A stretch of DNA of 64,000 nucleotides, taken from positions 131,581 through 195,580 of IMG/VR virus record IMGVR_UViG_3300005337_000001; one strand, 5' to 3'. A program made the translations under genes and the position numbers. Below are positions 62,559 through 64,000 of this stretch, piece by piece. The notes beneath the pieces are model-generated. The model did no database searches. It had not been told where the DNA came from and was given only the letters and a program-made list of their open reading frames with translations. This DNA comes from a virus. The first letter of the stretch is position 1, and each line of letters starts with the position of its first letter.

Positions 62559-62591
62559 CACCCAAGTATGCCCGAGCACCCCATAGGGTCG

Positions 62592-62939
62592 TCAATCTGC
62601 AGGCGGTTCAACCGGCGTATTCACGTCGCGAGAAGGGTCGGCCAGCAAAAAGTTCTCGGGTGGGATGGTCCTGATCTGAGAGACCGCGTTCAAGAGGTCG
62701 CTCTCGATTTTGTTCACCCGCTCGAGCTCGTTGGGCCGCGTGTCAGTACCAGGTCCTTCGATACGCTCGATCTGCTGGTCAGCCAGCTCTTCGTACGTCA
62801 CCGCGTAGAAGCTCTCAGTCGTTTGCCGACCCTGCACAGCCCCGATGGACTGATTCAGAACACGCCGGAGCTCTTCATTTACGTCGAGCGCCGGCGCTTC
62901 TTTGTTCGCTTGCTGAGACGGGGCGTCTACGGAAGGCAC
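62592..62939 (-). CDS. hypothetical protein
   Basis: 115-aa ORF in the operon. Confidence 0.6.
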   Translation of the reverse strand: MPSVDAPSQQANKEAPALDVNEELRRVLNQSIGAVQGRQTTESFYAVTYEELADQQIERIEGPGTDTRPNELERVNKIESDLLNAVSQIRTIPPENFLLADPSRDVNTPVEPPAD

Positions 62940-62940
62940 T

Positions 62941-63147
62941 TCATGAGCCTATCAGATTTACTTTCCCGTACGCAGGCACATTTCGCACACGAACGTCAGT
63001 CTCGAGCGTCACACCTTCTTCCAACCACTTCTCGTAGTAGGCCTCCACGTCGGCTCGTTCTACCGACATACGGCGTCCGGTCTTGTCTACGGCGTAGTAT
63101 GTCACCGTACGCTCCAGGACAATTTCTGTAGCCGTCGGCACTTTCAT
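62941..63147 (-). CDS. hypothetical protein
   Basis: ATGA-coupled to dcd. Confidence 0.55.
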   Translation of the reverse strand: MKVPTATEIVLERTVTYYAVDKTGRRMSVERADVEAYYEKWLEEGVTLETDVRVRNVPAYGKVNLIGS

Positions 63148-63836
63148 CTCTGCTGCTCCTCGAATTGCTTCCACGACATGGATGGTACCGGACCTTCGGC
63201 GGCAGCGCCAACGTAGTGCCCGGTCTGCTCGTAGTGCAGGTGCTTGCCTACGTACGTATGGAAGCGCATCTGACAGAAGCGCATACCCGGGTAGACGATA
63301 ACCGGCTGGGTCACGACCACCTCAAGAGTGTACTGACCGTTGAAACCAGGGTCGCCGTAGCCCGCAGTGACGTGCGCCGTCATGAAAAGCCGACCGAGCG
63401 AGCTCTTACCGTCGAGAACTGGGACGTACTTCGTCGTCCAAACACGCTCGGCGGTGTGCATGAGGTACCCGATCCCTGGTTTGAGCAACCAGCCACGCTC
63501 GGCGTTCATCTCGAACGTGGCTACCTCGTGCTTCCTCTTGGAGCTAAGGATGCAGGCGGGGCTCGGGTACATCCAATCGCTCTTGAGACTGTCACTCAAT
63601 TCCAAGACGCTACCGTCGTGCGCACGGTAGGTGCCGTCCAGTGGCTCGAGCTCGTAGGACATGCCGGCGTAGACGAAGTACACCGCTTCTTTGTACACAG
63701 CCACCTTCGAACCCAACGTCAAGTCGTACGACGCTGGGTTGACGCACCGAGGATCAAACCCCGGCTCGATGAGGATGTTGCCTTCTTCAACCTCCGACGC
63801 AATCGTCGGACCGGAGATGATTCCACCTTCGATCAT
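63144..63836 (-). CDS. dcd: dCTP deaminase
   Basis: VNPASYDLTLG, LDGKSSLGRLF, GYGDPGFNGQYTLE, GMRFCQMRF, Y..TGHY. Confidence 0.93.
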   Translation of the reverse strand: MIEGGIISGPTIASEVEEGNILIEPGFDPRCVNPASYDLTLGSKVAVYKEAVYFVYAGMSYELEPLDGTYRAHDGSVLELSDSLKSDWMYPSPACILSSKRKHEVATFEMNAERGWLLKPGIGYLMHTAERVWTTKYVPVLDGKSSLGRLFMTAHVTAGYGDPGFNGQYTLEVVVTQPVIVYPGMRFCQMRFHTYVGKHLHYEQTGHYVGAAAEGPVPSMSWKQFEEQQR

Positions 63837-64000
63837 GGATCGACGCTCTTCGCCAGCAGCGCGGCGGGCTGCTGCTCAGCAACCTCATGCGCGTTCGCCT
63901 TGTTCTTAGTCCAGTCGCGTTTCCGCACCTTGCTCCAAACCCCGTCGAGAATTTCCAGGAAGTCCTTGTTCAGGTATTTACTGATGAGCTCGAGGTGGGC
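63833..64000 (-). CDS. C-terminus of a MazG-like NTP pyrophosphohydrolase (partial)
   Basis: Translates ..DFLEILDGVWSKVRKRDWTKNK..; ATGA-coupled to dcd. Confidence 0.5.
   Translation of the reverse strand, partial: AHLELISKYLNKDFLEILDGVWSKVRKRDWTKNKANAHEVAEQQPAALLAKSVDP

Noticed and set aside
27888-63836. Uracil-substituted genome as in AR9/PBS1 (RNAP plus dCTP deaminase)
   Set aside because: The phage encodes an apparently intact UDG and is GC-rich; dcd with a MazG-like gene fits dUMP/dTTP supply better.
1-64000. Stop-codon reassignment
   Set aside because: Conserved genes are full length under the standard code and end in TAA, TAG and TGA with normal coupling.
1-64000. tRNA, rRNA, integrase or IS elements
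   Set aside because: No cloverleaf, rRNA-like, recombinase or transposase signatures recognised in the few short intergenic gaps or ORFs.

Overview
GC-rich segment of a large tailed phage genome, probably a myovirus (contractile-type baseplate genes). Minus-strand blocks hold virion and packaging genes: TerL, spike, portal, baseplate, tail fibres, lysis. They alternate with plus-strand blocks for replication and recombination: SF2 helicase, family-4 UDG, DnaB, DnaG, Zn-rich SSB, family-A DNA polymerase, HU, RecA, Cas4-like nuclease, resolvases. The standout is a 2129-aa single-chain RNA polymerase in which bacterial-type beta and beta-prime are fused in frame. It lacks the beta-prime N-terminal Zn domain, has a remodelled rifampicin pocket, and is translationally coupled to the baseplate spike gene, suggesting a virion-packaged RNAP. 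Supporting context includes two candidate promoter classes, internal proteins rich in a K-x-A motif, and hydrophobic/Gly-zipper candidate ejection proteins. A second strong signal is a complete -1 frameshift cassette at 41249-41313 (SD-like element, G_GGA_AAC, 8-bp stem) that would add a HeH-like domain to a non-tail gene. No capsid, sheath, tape measure, sigma, alpha, tRNA, CRISPR array or reverse transcriptase was recognised. All family assignments are by eye from motifs; no searches were run.
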